From the NCBI GenBank assembly GCA_046563655.1, contig CM102283.1, positions 5,580,001 to 5,644,000 on the forward strand: 64,000 nucleotides of DNA, in the 5' to 3' direction. Positions 51,380 to 63,438 of the stretch are shown here, piece by piece. The notes beneath the pieces were generated by a model. It was not told where the DNA came from. It did no database searches and was given only the letters and a program-made list of their open reading frames with translations. Every line of letters starts with the position of its first letter. Positions within the stretch are counted from its first letter, which is position 1. The position numbers and the translations under genes are program-made. This DNA comes from Yuukianura sp. NJ FZ-2021 (Eukaryota).

Positions 51380-53032
51380 ATGAAGACGCCAATACTTGTT
51401 TTTGTACTCAGCATTTTTTGGAATGGACAAATTCAAGCGCAAAACGTACCGGTCTTCCTTGACGGTGGATTCCAGCATCCAGTACAAAATGGAGTTCATC
51501 AACAGTTCCAGGATCCAAACATTTTTGCACAAGTGCAACACGAGTCGAACAATTTTCATCAGCAACAAATCAATCAGGGTCAATCAGTTCAACATTATTA
51601 TTATGGGCAAGGTCATGCGACCCAGGTTGAGGGTCATGTGACACAAGGTCAAGGTCATCTGATTCATTCTGGAGATCAGCATCTACAATTGCCTTGGACT
51701 ACAAATTCAAATCAACATCTTCATAGTCACTCGGGCGTATCCAATCATCATTGGCAAGAAAACGCACAAAATGGATTTCAAAATTCCAACAACTTTTTGG
51801 AAAGTGGTGGTTCTTCGCAAAATTTTGGTCAAACCTTTCCTTACTCAACGAACTTAAACTATTTTCAAGAAAACCATCACCATCAGCATAATTTTCAGAA
51901 TCCGTCGCTAGCAACAAGGGCATCCGATGACTTCCAAAACATTAGGCAAAATAATGCTCCGGATTTGCAATATCCTACGCAGGCTTTCAGTGAAGCGATT
52001 CCTTATAACAGTGATCCTAATTTCCAATACAATCCAGGCCATTCTCAGGCAATATTTCCGGAAGATGCTGATCAGAATTGGTTAGAACTGAGTCAAGGTC
52101 ACGAATCCTTCTCACCCCGAATTCTTCCGATGTTTAGGCCAAGAAGTCACTTACAAATGTTGAGAGTACAAGCGCAAACACAAGACAGAAGACGACAACA
52201 GTACCACTCCCGTTTACAGGCTCACAGAAAAATGGTTCACGAACAATGGCAAAGGGAGTATCGACGACATGCTGCCGAGTGGAGAAATCGCCAAGAGCGA
52301 CTAATACGACAGCATCAGCGATACTTACAAAGTCGAAGTCGCTTACAACATCATGCTAGGCACGTGAATCCTCCAAATATGTTAGTTCCGAATTTAGCCA
52401 TGGTTATGAGACCAGTCCAGAACCAAGTGACTCCACAGACAAGACGGAATACTGGAGGTGGCAGAAGGTTACCATACCAACCACGCCATCAACCAAAGCA
52501 TGTCCATTTCCATAGACAACCACGGCAGCAGCAGCGACATCCAGCTTCAATCCAGGAAATCCTACAGCAGCAAGCAGATACTGCAGCTCCTGCTACAACG
52601 CAACAACCAGTAAATTCATACCAGCACTATTCCAACACTCACTACAACTCTCTAAGCCAGAATCAGTTGACATCCCAGTATTCACCATCCGTTTCCGTAC
52701 AACTGGGACAACCATATCAAACAATCGATCTGACCCAGAATTCAAACCAAGTTGTGGTCTGGGGAGGACAAAGTGCTAAGGAGGTCACTCCTCCAGGCTT
52801 CCTCCGCCATCCTCCTCACTCCGCTCCTCCTCCTCCACCGCCACCTCAAGTCCACCATAATAACAATGGATTCCAGCGAGGACTGACGATTAGTCCTTCA
52901 GCGCTGGCCCTAGCCTCGGCTGGAATGGGAACGATGTTTTCGGGTGCTTGGGAAGCAATGGAAATGCTAATTGGATCTATCTCACTGTTCCTATACGTTA
53001 TGTATTCGGCTGTCAGCGTTCCCCTAGGTTGA
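51380..53032 (+). CDS. Intronless 550-aa secreted/membrane-anchored low-complexity Gln/His/Asn-rich protein, unknown function
   Basis: Long ORF with ATG, signal peptide (MKTPILVFVLSIFWNGQIQA), Q/H/N-rich body, Arg/Gln-rich helical segment, poly-Pro, hydrophobic C-terminus; AATAAA at about 53176. Confidence 0.75.
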   Translation: MKTPILVFVLSIFWNGQIQAQNVPVFLDGGFQHPVQNGVHQQFQDPNIFAQVQHESNNFHQQQINQGQSVQHYYYGQGHATQVEGHVTQGQGHLIHSGDQHLQLPWTTNSNQHLHSHSGVSNHHWQENAQNGFQNSNNFLESGGSSQNFGQTFPYSTNLNYFQENHHHQHNFQNPSLATRASDDFQNIRQNNAPDLQYPTQAFSEAIPYNSDPNFQYNPGHSQAIFPEDADQNWLELSQGHESFSPRILPMFRPRSHLQMLRVQAQTQDRRRQQYHSRLQAHRKMVHEQWQREYRRHAAEWRNRQERLIRQHQRYLQSRSRLQHHARHVNPPNMLVPNLAMVMRPVQNQVTPQTRRNTGGGRRLPYQPRHQPKHVHFHRQPRQQQRHPASIQEILQQQADTAAPATTQQPVNSYQHYSNTHYNSLSQNQLTSQYSPSVSVQLGQPYQTIDLTQNSNQVVVWGGQSAKEVTPPGFLRHPPHSAPPPPPPPQVHHNNNGFQRGLTISPSALALASAGMGTMFSGAWEAMEMLIGSISLFLYVMYSAVSVPLG

Positions 53033-53844
53033 TAAACGATAGTTGTTTAATTTGTCCACATCGCAATCCTCATCCATACTCCATGATCTTCACTCTCCAA
53101 CTATGCTTTTTACATATTTAAGAGTTTTAATAATTTTAACCTAATCATAAGTTAATTATAACGGAAACAGGTTAAATAAAGGAAATTTAAGGCACTTTTA
53201 ATTAACGCTGCAAATTCGTTAACATAAGATGAGCACGCCATCTCAAAACCTCCCCCGGCTATGCCATATCGTTGGAGAAATAAGTTTGAGCTAGTTTTTC
53301 CCTACTTAACTCCATAATTCGTAGGAATCCTATTTTTGAAAATTCAAACATTCGGACCCTGAATTTCAGAGGGTATTGTTTCGTTTTCCTATTTTTGGTC
53401 CTTGAGGGACTCAACAAGTCACTGTCGAAAGCAAAGGACCAACTTATTCGTCACTCATTTAACAAAGCATGCTATTGTGCTTCCAAGTTTCAGTTGGTTT
53501 TTTGCGTTCTTTCAACAAACACTTTACGTTAACTTTGGGAAGCGTTTCAAAAAAAAAAAAAAAAGATGCGTTGAATATTCTCATTCGCACACACCAACAC
53601 ACCCTGTATTTTCAGAGTTTTCTTAGGAATAGGGACGCAGTATTTGAGTCGAAGCCCAGCTAAAAGTTCATCTTTCGTCTTTCCTCGTGAAATCGTAAGT
53701 ATATGTAGTTTTATAATTTATAAATTATAAAAATACTAAAGTATACATGATATGCTTGATATGCCATGTAGTTTAAAGTAAGCTAACCAAAGATTTTATT
53801 TCGAAAAATTTATTCTGTCTTAATTGCTCTGACCTTACCAGATC

Positions 53845-56128
53845 ATGTTCACCTCATCAAAATCCGAACAGAATCGTCATCTACCACCACCGACGGAATA
53901 CTGTTGTGCAGCATGTGGTAGTCCTGGAGCTGTTTCTGAAATACACATCTACTCTCCCACTAACGTATTTGAAAAGAGTGTAACCATATTGGATGCTTTG
54001 CTCGAAGTATTCTCGTCGCCGAATGTTCAGAAGATTCAAACAACCAATCTGAAGCTGATTACTATGTGTACAAAATGTGCTGAAGCAGTTTCACACCTTT
54101 ACCAAGCTTTCGTGAATTTGATGTCTCTTACAAATTCCTCGTCCTACCTAACCAAACTCATCATTGAGATTCAAAATTGTCACATGCAGAATCCGAACCG
54201 CACGCAGATCGAATTGCTGAGAATAACTGAAGAGTTGGCTGGGTTTAACAGCCCCACAGAAATTGATGCCGAGGTTGTTACCGTCACTGGCGATGAAATA
54301 GGTAAATAAAATGAGCTAAACCCTAGAATATGGAATACCTAATTAGTTTAATAGTTTAAAGTCAATGTGATGCTAAAGTTTGGCATTCTTTTTAGGTGAT
54401 GGGCCCCAGCCTAAAACGTCGGACAACTCAGAAGTTCTGGAGGAAATGACAGGAAAGTCTATCTGTGATCCTCCCCACACTGGCCAAGGACAGGGTCAAG
54501 AGACGGCAGATATGGACGAAGACCGATTCCAACTACAACCCACCATTAGTAAAGGAAAGTACGTTTGTCAAAACATTCAGAAACGTCGCTACTTCAAGTG
54601 TCACAGATGCCCCGCCGAATTCATCCCCATGTTTGAGTTGTACGAACATATTTTTTCGGTTCACGAGAACAGAACAAAGATGAAGTGTGGGAAGTGCGAT
54701 TTCACGTACTTTCCAGAAATCATCCAGTTTGATACGCACAAGTGTGTTGAACCTCAACGAAAAATGATCAAGAGGTCGCGATCATTTATTTGTGAAGTTT
54801 GTGGAGACCGGTTTGGGGGTGAGATTCCATGAGGCAATTCAATTTCAATACAACATTTATTAACATTTCCCTATTATTTTTACTTTCATGTAGGGAGCAG
54901 GCTGTTGACGTTCCATATCGAGAAGGTCCATACTTACGACAATATTCGATACAAATGTCATCACTGCAACAAGCAACTTACGGATCGGCACAAATTATAT
55001 CTGCACATGGAAAGTAAGTAGATACCATTTGTAAAGGCTAACTCTGTTTTAAATTCTTACACGCTTATTAGACGATTGTGCTTATTTTTTTTTTTTTTTT
55101 TTGCTTTCAGTCCATGCCGAATCTAAGTCGTACCTCTGCTTCGACTGCGGAAAGAGTTTTTCTCAGAAAAGAGGGCTTGACAAGCACCTTCAAATTCATT
55201 TCGTTGACCCTAATATTCGATCTCAACAGAGGCATGCCAAAGAAGCGGGTGTCTTTTCTTGTCAGTTGTGCAAAAGAATTTTTTCCTACAAACGAAATTT
55301 GCAACAACATCTCACAATGCACGCGGATGGAGAGAACAAGTACAAGTGTGCTGTGTGTCAAAAACCACATTGGACGAGGAAGAGACTCGAGAAGCATATT
55401 CAGTATAATGCCGTAATGTAATTTCGTACTTCTGATGGAGTCTTTCAACACCTTTTTTTTCTGTCTCGCAGGTCGCATCAGCCAAAAGATTCAACTGAAG
55501 AGGATGTTGTAGAACAGAACAATTCTGAGAAAATCGTGATACTAAGCATTCAGTCAAGAAGTGCCGCTTCCAATGAATTTAAAGCTGAAGACGATTCACG
55601 CGACTCAGATCACGGCAGTCACAAATGTAAACAAATTCTGTAACATGCAATCTGGCAAATTCGAGCATTGAATTGAACGATTGATGTTCCGATTTCTAGG
55701 TCAAGTCTGCGGGAACATGTTTCCAACCGAACGAAATTTACACTTCCATCTTAGGTGAGAATTTTTTCCCCAACGATTCAATTGCATTTTGTAATATCAA
55801 ATGCTTTGGTTTTTAGGAAACATATGAGTCTGGAGCAAAAGCTGGCTTCACTCAACAGAAGTGAAAACCTGAGAAAATGTATTTCTGAGAACCTGTGGAC
55901 GATGGTAACGGGAAGGAATTGAAATCATAATTTTGACGCAAATACGCAATACCTGTACGCAATACCTGCGAAAAGTCTAATACATTGTTTCCGTCTTACT
56001 TTATCTAGCGAACCACGGATGACGACGCTGTGGAAGGTTGCAATTACGAAGCTGAGTCAGAGAGTCCAAACGCGCTGTTCTCAGAAGATCCTCTACTTCA
56101 AGATTGCAGTTTAAAAACTGAAATCTGA
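53845..56128 (+). CDS. ZAD-like N-terminus + multiple C2H2 zinc-finger protein (8 exons)
   Basis: N-terminal CAAC...CTKC; C2H2 fingers FKCHRC..HIFSVH, YLCFDC..HLQIH, FSCQLC..HLTMH, YKCAVC..HIQSH, HKCQVC..HLRKH. The 3' exons are phase-compatible through to TGA at 56126-56128. Confidence 0.85.
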
Positions 56129-56291
56129 AACAAGTCAGAAATACTAGTCAACGGAAACGATTATCGAAAAGAGGTAAAGTTACCATCATCATCATCCATT
56201 ATCAACGAGAAGAGAACAGTTCAATGTCAAAGGAAGAATACTCGGTTCGCTCCGGTTTTTAGTGGTGGAGTAGAATAAGTATAAGTATAGG

Positions 56292-56735
56292 TAGGGCTGA
56301 ACAGCCCTACCGGATCTGATCGGATCCACATGGAAACGGATACGGATCCGAAAGTGGAACTGATAAATTTGATAACGGAACCGAACTAGTCCAAAAATCC
56401 AGAACCGGAAGCGAACCGAACCGGAACTGAACCGAAACTGGAACCGGAATAAAAACAGAAAATACATTTGTAGTTTATTATTATAAATTGTAACAAGGTA
56501 ACTAAACCTAACAATTTAACTAATCCGTATACAAATATTCACCAAGAGTCTTATGAACCACTGCTGCGGTGAATTGATTTTTCGTTAAATAGTTTCGGTG
56601 ATGCATACCAGGTTTTTAAGCAAGATTTCGTTTGAATTTGGTGATAATAACGTTAAGCGGTTCCAGTTCCAAATGCTGGAAGAACCGGTTCCATAATGCA
56701 ATGGAACTGGATCCGAAATATAAATTCCGGTTTCA
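56292..56735. mobile_element. Degenerate hAT-like MITE remnant with GAACCG subterminal repeats
   Basis: TAGGGCTG-AA-CAGCCCTA palindrome followed by a cluster of gaaccg/ggaacc repeats, with inverted ggttcc repeats further right. No TSD found. Confidence 0.4.
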
Positions 56736-57053
56736 AATACAGTGGATTCTCTAAATAAGGGAAAAAATCACGATTGGAGGATTGGTAGTAGACGCCTCCC
56801 CCAGTACCGTAAGATTTCTGGTTAACGGTCAGTTATATGGAATTTAAGGCTAGGAACACCATTCTAATGAAAATTTCCTGTTTCCAAGTTCAGAGTATAT
56901 AATTAGTATTAATATATATAATATTCATATATTAATGCTAATTATATGTGATATCTGTATACGTATCAATATTATATGGTATATTATATGCAAATTACGT
57001 TGTGAATGTCGCCCTTATTAAACAGGTTATATAATATATTATATACAGTACGT

Positions 57054-57150
57054 AGTTGCGCAGTTTGTGCGCTGTTGCGCAGTTTGTGCGCAGTTACGCA
57101 GTTTGTGCGCAGTTACGCAGTTTGTGCGCAGTTGCGCAGTTTGTGCGCAG
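57054..57150. repeat. 19-bp tandem repeat (AGTTRCGCAGTTTGTGCGC) x5
   Basis: Five near-identical units in an AT-rich flank. Confidence 0.9.
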
Positions 57151-57239
57151 ATATACCATAACTATATAAATATTATATATATTAATATTAGTTAATTTCA
57201 TTTAATTATCTAATTACTTTTGTTTCGCACCAAAAAAAA

Positions 57240-59377
57240 AACAATCGTAAAAAACAAGCCGATAAACTGGAAAGGCTTTTGTAAAGGCTTCTGAGCCACC
57301 AAGGTTGCCATTGTACAAGCTTGTCCAAAAGCTTTGATCAGCTCTATTTGAGCGTTGGATAACTTACTAACATTGACTGCCCTTACGGTTTGTTTTAGAG
57401 TCCAAACATGAGAAGAGCCAAGCTTATGCAGTTCTCATAAGGGAAGAACTCATTGCCCACTCGGTTTATGGAATCAAGTTCACTGTCATTGGGATTTGAT
57501 ATTTTCCAACAAATCGCATGACATTTTCGTAATTTGTAACGCTATCGTAAATAGTTTTGAGCCAAGCCAACCAAGTGTTTGGGTATTTAGTTATCCCGAA
57601 AAGGGTATCATTAATTCTAGCAAGTGGAACATCGGTTGGCATTCTTTTACCGTCAGTGTGTGCCAAATTTGCTCATAATAATGGTTTTTTGGTCCAAAGA
57701 AATAGAAAGTTCGATACTCATAAATCTCAAGCTTAGGCATTCGAATGCTTAAGTAGTTTTTATGTAGGGAAATTGGCGTAATAAGGTCAGTCAATATTAT
57801 TGCTTGGAGGCCTCTAATGCTATTACATTGAGGATTATCATAAATGTTTTTGTACAATGTGCCCAGAGTCCAATGTGTTAATTGGTTCAAATTGTTTAAT
57901 AGATATTTGTTTAAAGATAGTCTTTCCATTTCAACATCTGGAAGATCATCGAGGAGTTCTCGGAAGTTCTCTTTCTTTTCGGTTTTGTTAATAAGGGAGA
58001 CTAATTGTTGATCCTTGATGGAGATGATTTCTGGGTTGGCATGCTGAAGGATGTATGTACGTAGTGGTTAGAAGAATGAGTTCCATGCAGTAAGTCATTG
58101 CTAGTAGGGATGCCCCGAATATTGAAATGGCCGAATACCGAATAGCCGAATAATTTCAAAAAAAATATTCGCCGAAGCCGAATATTAGGCCGAATATTCG
58201 GCCGAATAAAATACGGTGTAGAAAGGTGGTAAAATCGAGAAATGCTGACACTTCTGAGCAGAAATTTGAGTAGAAGACGCTCACAGGAGTATCAACAACA
58301 ATGTATAAACAGCATAATTTGTTTAAGCATGACATAATTCAGTCCACTAATACTTTTTCATCGTTTCTGGATAAAAAACAGGGTTGTTAAGGCCCCTTTC
58401 CAGATAAAATCAGTGAAATTTCACGCGTAAATAGGCAAAATTATTCGGCCTAATATCTGGCCAGATAATTCGGCCAGATTTCTCGGAGGCCGAATACGCC
58501 GAATATTAAAAATTTCCAATATTAGCCGAATAATTATTCGGCCACCGAATATTCGGGGCATCCCTAATTGCTAGTGATTTAGAGTATATTAAATTAATTA
58601 TAAATTCTTTCATGCTATACTAACTTAGTAAATTAAAGTAGAATATGTTATTCATTTTTAGTTGTAGGTACAAATTCTGTGTTAATATTTTTACTCCGTA
58701 GAGTTTGTTGATGGTGTCATGTGATGGTGTTGTTGAGGAATTATTGTTTGCCTTATGAGTAGTTGAAGTTGGAACTGTTGATAATGTTTCAACAGATGTT
58801 GTGTTGTTCTTAGTAATCGCATTATTGTTAGGAATTGTTGCTATTGTAACGTCTTCTTGATCCAGAAATTTTTGTGTTGTAGAAGTTAGATGCTGTTTGA
58901 TGTCAGATATGGAAGGACGCCTGGGAAGGAATCTTCAGAGTCGGATGACTCGCCAGAATCAGACGAGTCCTTTCTCTTCCTACCACGACTCTGTTTAAAA
59001 AAAATTTAAACAATTATTCACGCCACACTATGTAATACAATCCAATTGTACAAATACAAGACCAAACACATATGCTAACTTACCTTTGACAATTTTTTTC
59101 GGAGCCCCGGTCGATTAGACTGAGCAGTACGATTGTTGGCTCCCTAGACAACCAACACACACGATAACCACCCCTACTTTATTTTTAAATTCACATAAAA
59201 CAAAGCACTAATAGAAAGATTCACAACAGATAATAAAAAACAATACTCACACGACTCGTAGCAGGAACTGCAATTACACAACTACCATCAGCCACATCAT
59301 TTATAGGTAGTTGCAACAACCGAATCTTCAACCGGTACTGGCTCAACACACGCTGGTTGTCCAAACTCATCAGACAT
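57240..59377 (-). pseudogene. Decayed multi-exon gene of unknown family
   Basis: ATG at 59377 (MSDEFGQPACVEPVPV...), GTGAGT/GTAAGT donors and matching acceptors near 59250, 59143, 59083 and 58990, and long coding-like segments (58920-58625; 58045-57591) broken by several frameshifts. Confidence 0.5.
58105..58566. mobile_element. hAT-type MITE with 8-bp TSD ATTGCTAG
   Basis: TIR TAGGGATGCCCCGAATATT / AATATTCGGGGCATCCCTA; TSD 58097-58104 and 58567-58574; many GCCGAATA subterminal repeats. Confidence 0.9.
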
Positions 59378-59571
59378 AGTAAGTTATCTTTAAGAACAAA
59401 CTACTATAAAAAATCCAACTAAAAAACTATTTATAAAAAAAACCAACAACAACAGCAGTTAGTAGACTATGTGGACTACTCTTATGAGATTATTGACTTT
59501 TTATCGATTAATCGCTATTGTTCTGTGTCGTGCTGTTTCTTCACCCCTTCTCGTGTGGATAAGAGGATGGC

Positions 59572-60012
59572 TATTACAAGTCCTGATGACTTGAAACAAT
59601 AAAGAAATCAAAGGAAAATATTTAGAGACTGCTTTTTTCACTTTATTCGATGAACCAAAAGGAATAAGCTTTACAACACTAGCTTGACCTGGTAGGGTCA
59701 CTGCTGAGTGAGCTGAGACTTGGAAGAGTCTCCGCTGGACCAACGACTGGTACAGTTCCAGTTCTGGAAAAGATATTTATAGGTACTTAGCTAGCTTACA
59801 ATTCCAAAGGTTATGGGTGGTCAGGGTTCATTCCTGTCCTATCCCTTTCTTAACACTTTACTTGCATAACAATTATCTAAAAAAGTTCTTAAAAAGCTTA
59901 AAGTGCAGTTGGCACTAAAACGTATAATCTTTACCTAAAAAGTACTTTGGAAAGGAATGTAGAAAATGAAAGTTAGCAATAAATCTACTGAGAGGTATTG
60001 ACATGTGTAACA
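59572..60012 (-). repeat. Complete 3' LTR (441 bp) with TATA and AATAAA
   Basis: Bounded by the PPT and TSD; minus-strand TATAAATA near 59775-82 and AATAAA near 59642-47. Confidence 0.85.
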
Positions 60013-60272
60013 TATCTCCCCTTAGCGAAAAAGTTTATGGCCTCATAAACCATACTATTAAAAAGTTTAAATATAATAATAATAATAATAAGAATTTTTT
60101 TTTCATTTTTTGTTTATATGAATATTTTTGTGAGTTATGTTTGTGTTGCTTATTTTGTAGTTTAGTTTTTTAGATTTTCATTTAAGTTTTTCAAAGAATA
60201 ACTATAAGTAATTAGATTATGTTATTAGTTATGAATATTAACAGAATCTGGATCGTAATTTACGGATAAACT

Positions 60273-61223
60273 CTAGTCTAGGTCCACTTCCATATTGTTT
60301 TGGGAGCTAAATGCTTCTTGCACAAAGCATTCTAGGGTGGGCAAGGATCTATAATGGTGATTTGAAGTGGGATTTTTTGAAGTATAAGATATGGAGGGAA
60401 TGAGAGCCATTTCACTTTCACTGGGTTTTCGCTTCACACTGAGATGGGTTGGAACAGTTTCTGAAAGTTTAGAGTATTTTTGGGTGATTTTACTATTGAG
60501 ATATGCGTTCATGTTAATAGGTCGAATTCTCCGTCGCTTTGTGAAGTTAGTCCCAGCATCTGCGTCATGTCCACTTTCTCCAGTACATTTGGGAAGTGAA
60601 AGTTTTGATGTCTGGGGTAAAACGTCATCAGAAGTGGAAGTGTGAAGATTTGATTTCGTTGTTGATGAAAAGTTAGAAGTCGTAGGATTATTGTACAAAT
60701 TATTAATTAGCGTTGTATTAGGTTGACATTGGGACAACATACTTAAGTCGATGGGGAACTTAGGAGGAGGTCTCACTACGGTGACTTTCTCTTCCGATGA
60801 AGTTACAGTAGATGGTTGTGTGGCCTTTAGATGTTCCAGGTAGCGTGTAGCTGCCTCCATGGACGTGAGTGGTTTAGGGGCATCTTCTGGAATGATGTAT
60901 GGGGGGCGTTTTGGTGCAAATATTTTTAACGAATCTTCGAAGCTTACTTTATATAGTGCTAACATTTCTGGATTATTTGTATATTTCTTAAAATAAAAGG
61001 ATTTTTCTGTTTCCGTCCTAAGTAATTTTCCATAAGGGGTGAATTGTTTATGCACTTTAGGGTTCTTAACTAAAGAAGAGTGTAAAGGTTTTAACTTATA
61101 ACTATATATAGCTGGGTGAATCCCGTTATATTCTATTATTCCCTTAATTATTGGCACATTTGGTAAGTCTGGTTTAGGATCAGGAAAAGTAAAAAATTTA
61201 GTAACTGTTCCTGAAACATTCAC
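60273..61223 (-). CDS. Orphan accessory ORF (316 aa, non-ATG start) inside the LTR element
   Basis: Long open frame in AT-rich DNA just upstream of the PPT; no gag, RT, RNase H, integrase or env motif recognised. Confidence 0.5.
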   Translation of the reverse strand: MNVSGTVTKFFTFPDPKPDLPNVPIIKGIIEYNGIHPAIYSYKLKPLHSSLVKNPKVHKQFTPYGKLLRTETEKSFYFKKYTNNPEMLALYKVSFEDSLKIFAPKRPPYIIPEDAPKPLTSMEAATRYLEHLKATQPSTVTSSEEKVTVVRPPPKFPIDLSMLSQCQPNTTLINNLYNNPTTSNFSSTTKSNLHTSTSDDVLPQTSKLSLPKCTGESGHDADAGTNFTKRRRIRPINMNAYLNSKITQKYSKLSETVPTHLSVKRKPSESEMALIPSISYTSKNPTSNHHYRSLPTLECFVQEAFSSQNNMEVDLD

Positions 61224-61432
61224 TGGAGGATATCCTTTACAATGACTTGATTTGACACAAGTTCGGTAGGTTCTTCAAGTGAATTATAAGAGAAAGTTTG
61301 TGGGTCAATTTTTTGTGCATATTCATCTCGAACTTTCTCTTGGTTTGTTAATTTGTGTTTTAATTTTTTCGTGGAAATAATATAATTCAATGTTGCTCGA
61401 AAAGATTTAGTTTGGAAGCGATTTTTGTTAGG

Positions 61433-61690
61433 TCCAGTTCTGGAAAAGATATTTATAGGTACTTAGCTAGCTTACAATTCCAAAGGTTATGGGTGGTCAG
61501 GGTTCATTCCTGTCCTATCCCTTTCTTAACACTTTACTTGCACTTAACAATTATCTAAAAAAGTTCTTAAAAAGCTTAAAGTGCAGTTGGCACTAAAACG
61601 TATAATCTTTACCTAAAAAGTACTTTGGAAAGGAATGTAGAAAATGAAAGTTAGCAATAAATCTACTGAGAGGTATTGACATGTGTAACA
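61433..61690 (-). repeat. Truncated 5' LTR (258 bp)
   Basis: Matches the first 256 bp of the 3' LTR, then joins internal sequence directly; no PBS seen. Confidence 0.85.
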
Positions 61691-62269
61691 ATGGCGTGGC
61701 GTCCTCTTGTTTGGAAGGGAGGGGGTTAGGGTGAATTTTGATTTTGGCGGGAGGGATGGAAAGTTTTGAAAAAATTGAATTTTTGGGCGGGAGGTTGTGA
61801 AAAAACGTTTTCGTTCGTTTTGGTAGTATTTTTAGTTGTGGGTGAGAGATGTCGTTGTATGTCTATTTGGTTTTGACACGCGTCTTGGTATGTGATGTTG
61901 TATCGTATGCGAAAACAACTTCCATTGCAATTCAAAAAAAAAACCAACAAAATTTTGAAAAGAAAAAAAAATGAGTCGTGCAAAAATGTGTTTTTGTTTT
62001 TCCTATTAAATTCCAACTTCTAACCCATCGCCTTGTTATAGACTTTGTCTTTAATTAAATCAAAGAAGATGAATTTGTATGACAGAAAATCCACGAAGAA
62101 TCGCTTCATTTTATTGACTCATTTTGACATCCTCTAATTCAATAAGAAAATTTTAATATCAATCGTAAAAATTATTATAGCCTAAAAGAAATACTGGTGA
62201 ACAGTTTTGAGTGTAAGAGTCTTCCTATTTCGACTTGTTGTAGACAGTAGTCTCATAGACGGTTTCAAG

Positions 62270-62800
62270 ATACTCCGGTCTGGTTTGTTGTTCGTCAGTA
62301 GCCTCAGCGTCTTGTGGCATTTCCTCCATTTCCTGTTGGTCATGTTTTACCTGCCATGCGTGAGGAGTCGACTTGTCGCGACAGCTCCAGAATGTCCGGG
62401 TCACGGGAACAATTGAGAATGCAGCGATCGAAGTGGATCCACCAGACTCGTCTCAATGCAGCCGCATTGCGAGCTCTACGACAGTTAGTCCGTCTCCGAT
62501 CGTCACTACCACCAACTCTCCATCTACGGACGACAGTGGATCAAAATTGGCATTATACGAATCTCTTTTTTGGATTCTCGGTAAGCAAGTTTAAAAATAT
62601 AGCAATTGCCCTCAAAAACTATAAGTAATGATTTTTCGACAGTTGGACTCGCAATCCTCTGTGCCTGCATCTTTACGGTGTTCAAAATCTGGAAATTGAA
62701 CAAAGCAAGACACAACCGCCGAGTACCAACTCCGCGCCGATGGCGCGAGCTTCCGGAATTGGTCCCTCTCGCTCTCTTTAGTGACCACGAATACCTCTGA
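62270..62800 (+). pseudogene. Small type I membrane protein gene (Ser/Thr-rich stalk + TM + basic tail), apparently frameshifted
   Basis: Intron 62581-62642 (GTAAGC...CAG) joins ...ESLFWIL to VGLAILCACIFTVFKIWK... in frame. The hydrophobic leader is in a different frame (shift near 62363), and no in-frame ATG was found. Confidence 0.45.
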
Positions 62801-62953
62801 TTCAGAACGCTACTCCGTCCAGGAACTTATACTTTATAAATAGATTTCGCTTTCATTTTTCTCATTCGACTAAAAAAAAATGGAAAATAAACGGTGTAAA
62901 ATTTAATCGTGAGAATGATTCCGTCTTTGCTGCTAAAGGAACTGACAGCTGAA

Positions 62954-63222
62954 TGGCACCGCTCATTCTGTAGGCACCGCTCATTCTATAGGCACCGCAT
63001 ATTAAAGTGGCACCGCTCACTCTATAAGCACCGCATATTAAAGTGGCACCGCTCGTTAAAGTGGCACCGCTCATTCTATAAGCACCGCATATTAAAGTGG
63101 CACCGCTCGTTAAAGTGGCACCGCTCATTCTATAAGCACCGCTCATTCTATAGGCACCGCTCATTAAAGTGGCACCGCTCATTCTATAAGCACCGCTCAT
63201 TAAAGTGGCACCGCATATTAAA
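62954..63222. repeat. 18-bp minisatellite x15 with GCACCGC core and two variant tails
   Basis: GCACCGC recurs every 18 nt; tails are TCATTCTATA(G/A) or (AT/TC)(A/G)TTAAAGTG. Confidence 0.92.
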
Positions 63223-63438
63223 CGTGAAAACAGAGGCTACAACGCTCGAAATATATAGCATACAGAATTTATATTTTTAAATTTTCTTTTTAAATTCTTT
63301 ATTTTAAAAATTATTTTTTCATTTAAAAACAAGGTTAGGTTATGTTAGGTTTTTTTTTAATGGGAATAAATAAAAACTTGAGTTGATGAAAATCACGGAA
63401 ACTGAAATGTAAAGTTTAAATTGATAACTTATGCAATT

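Larger units (their letters stand above)
59572..61690 (-). mobile_element. Internally deleted LTR retrotransposon with 5-bp TSD ATGGC
   Basis: Direct repeats 59757-60012 and 61433-61690 appear identical apart from a 2-nt indel. Minus-strand termini TGTTAC...GTAATA; polypurine tract AAGGGGAGATA before the 3' LTR; TSD at 59567-71 and 61691-95. Confidence 0.9.

Noticed and set aside
56738-57030. Tc1-like MITE starting TACAGTGGATTCTCTAAATAAGG
   Set aside because: Only a short CCCTTATT partial match on the right; no complete second TIR or TSD.
62954-63222. CRISPR-like array
   Set aside because: The period is only 18 bp, the variable parts recur rather than being unique spacers, there are no cas genes, and the context is eukaryotic.
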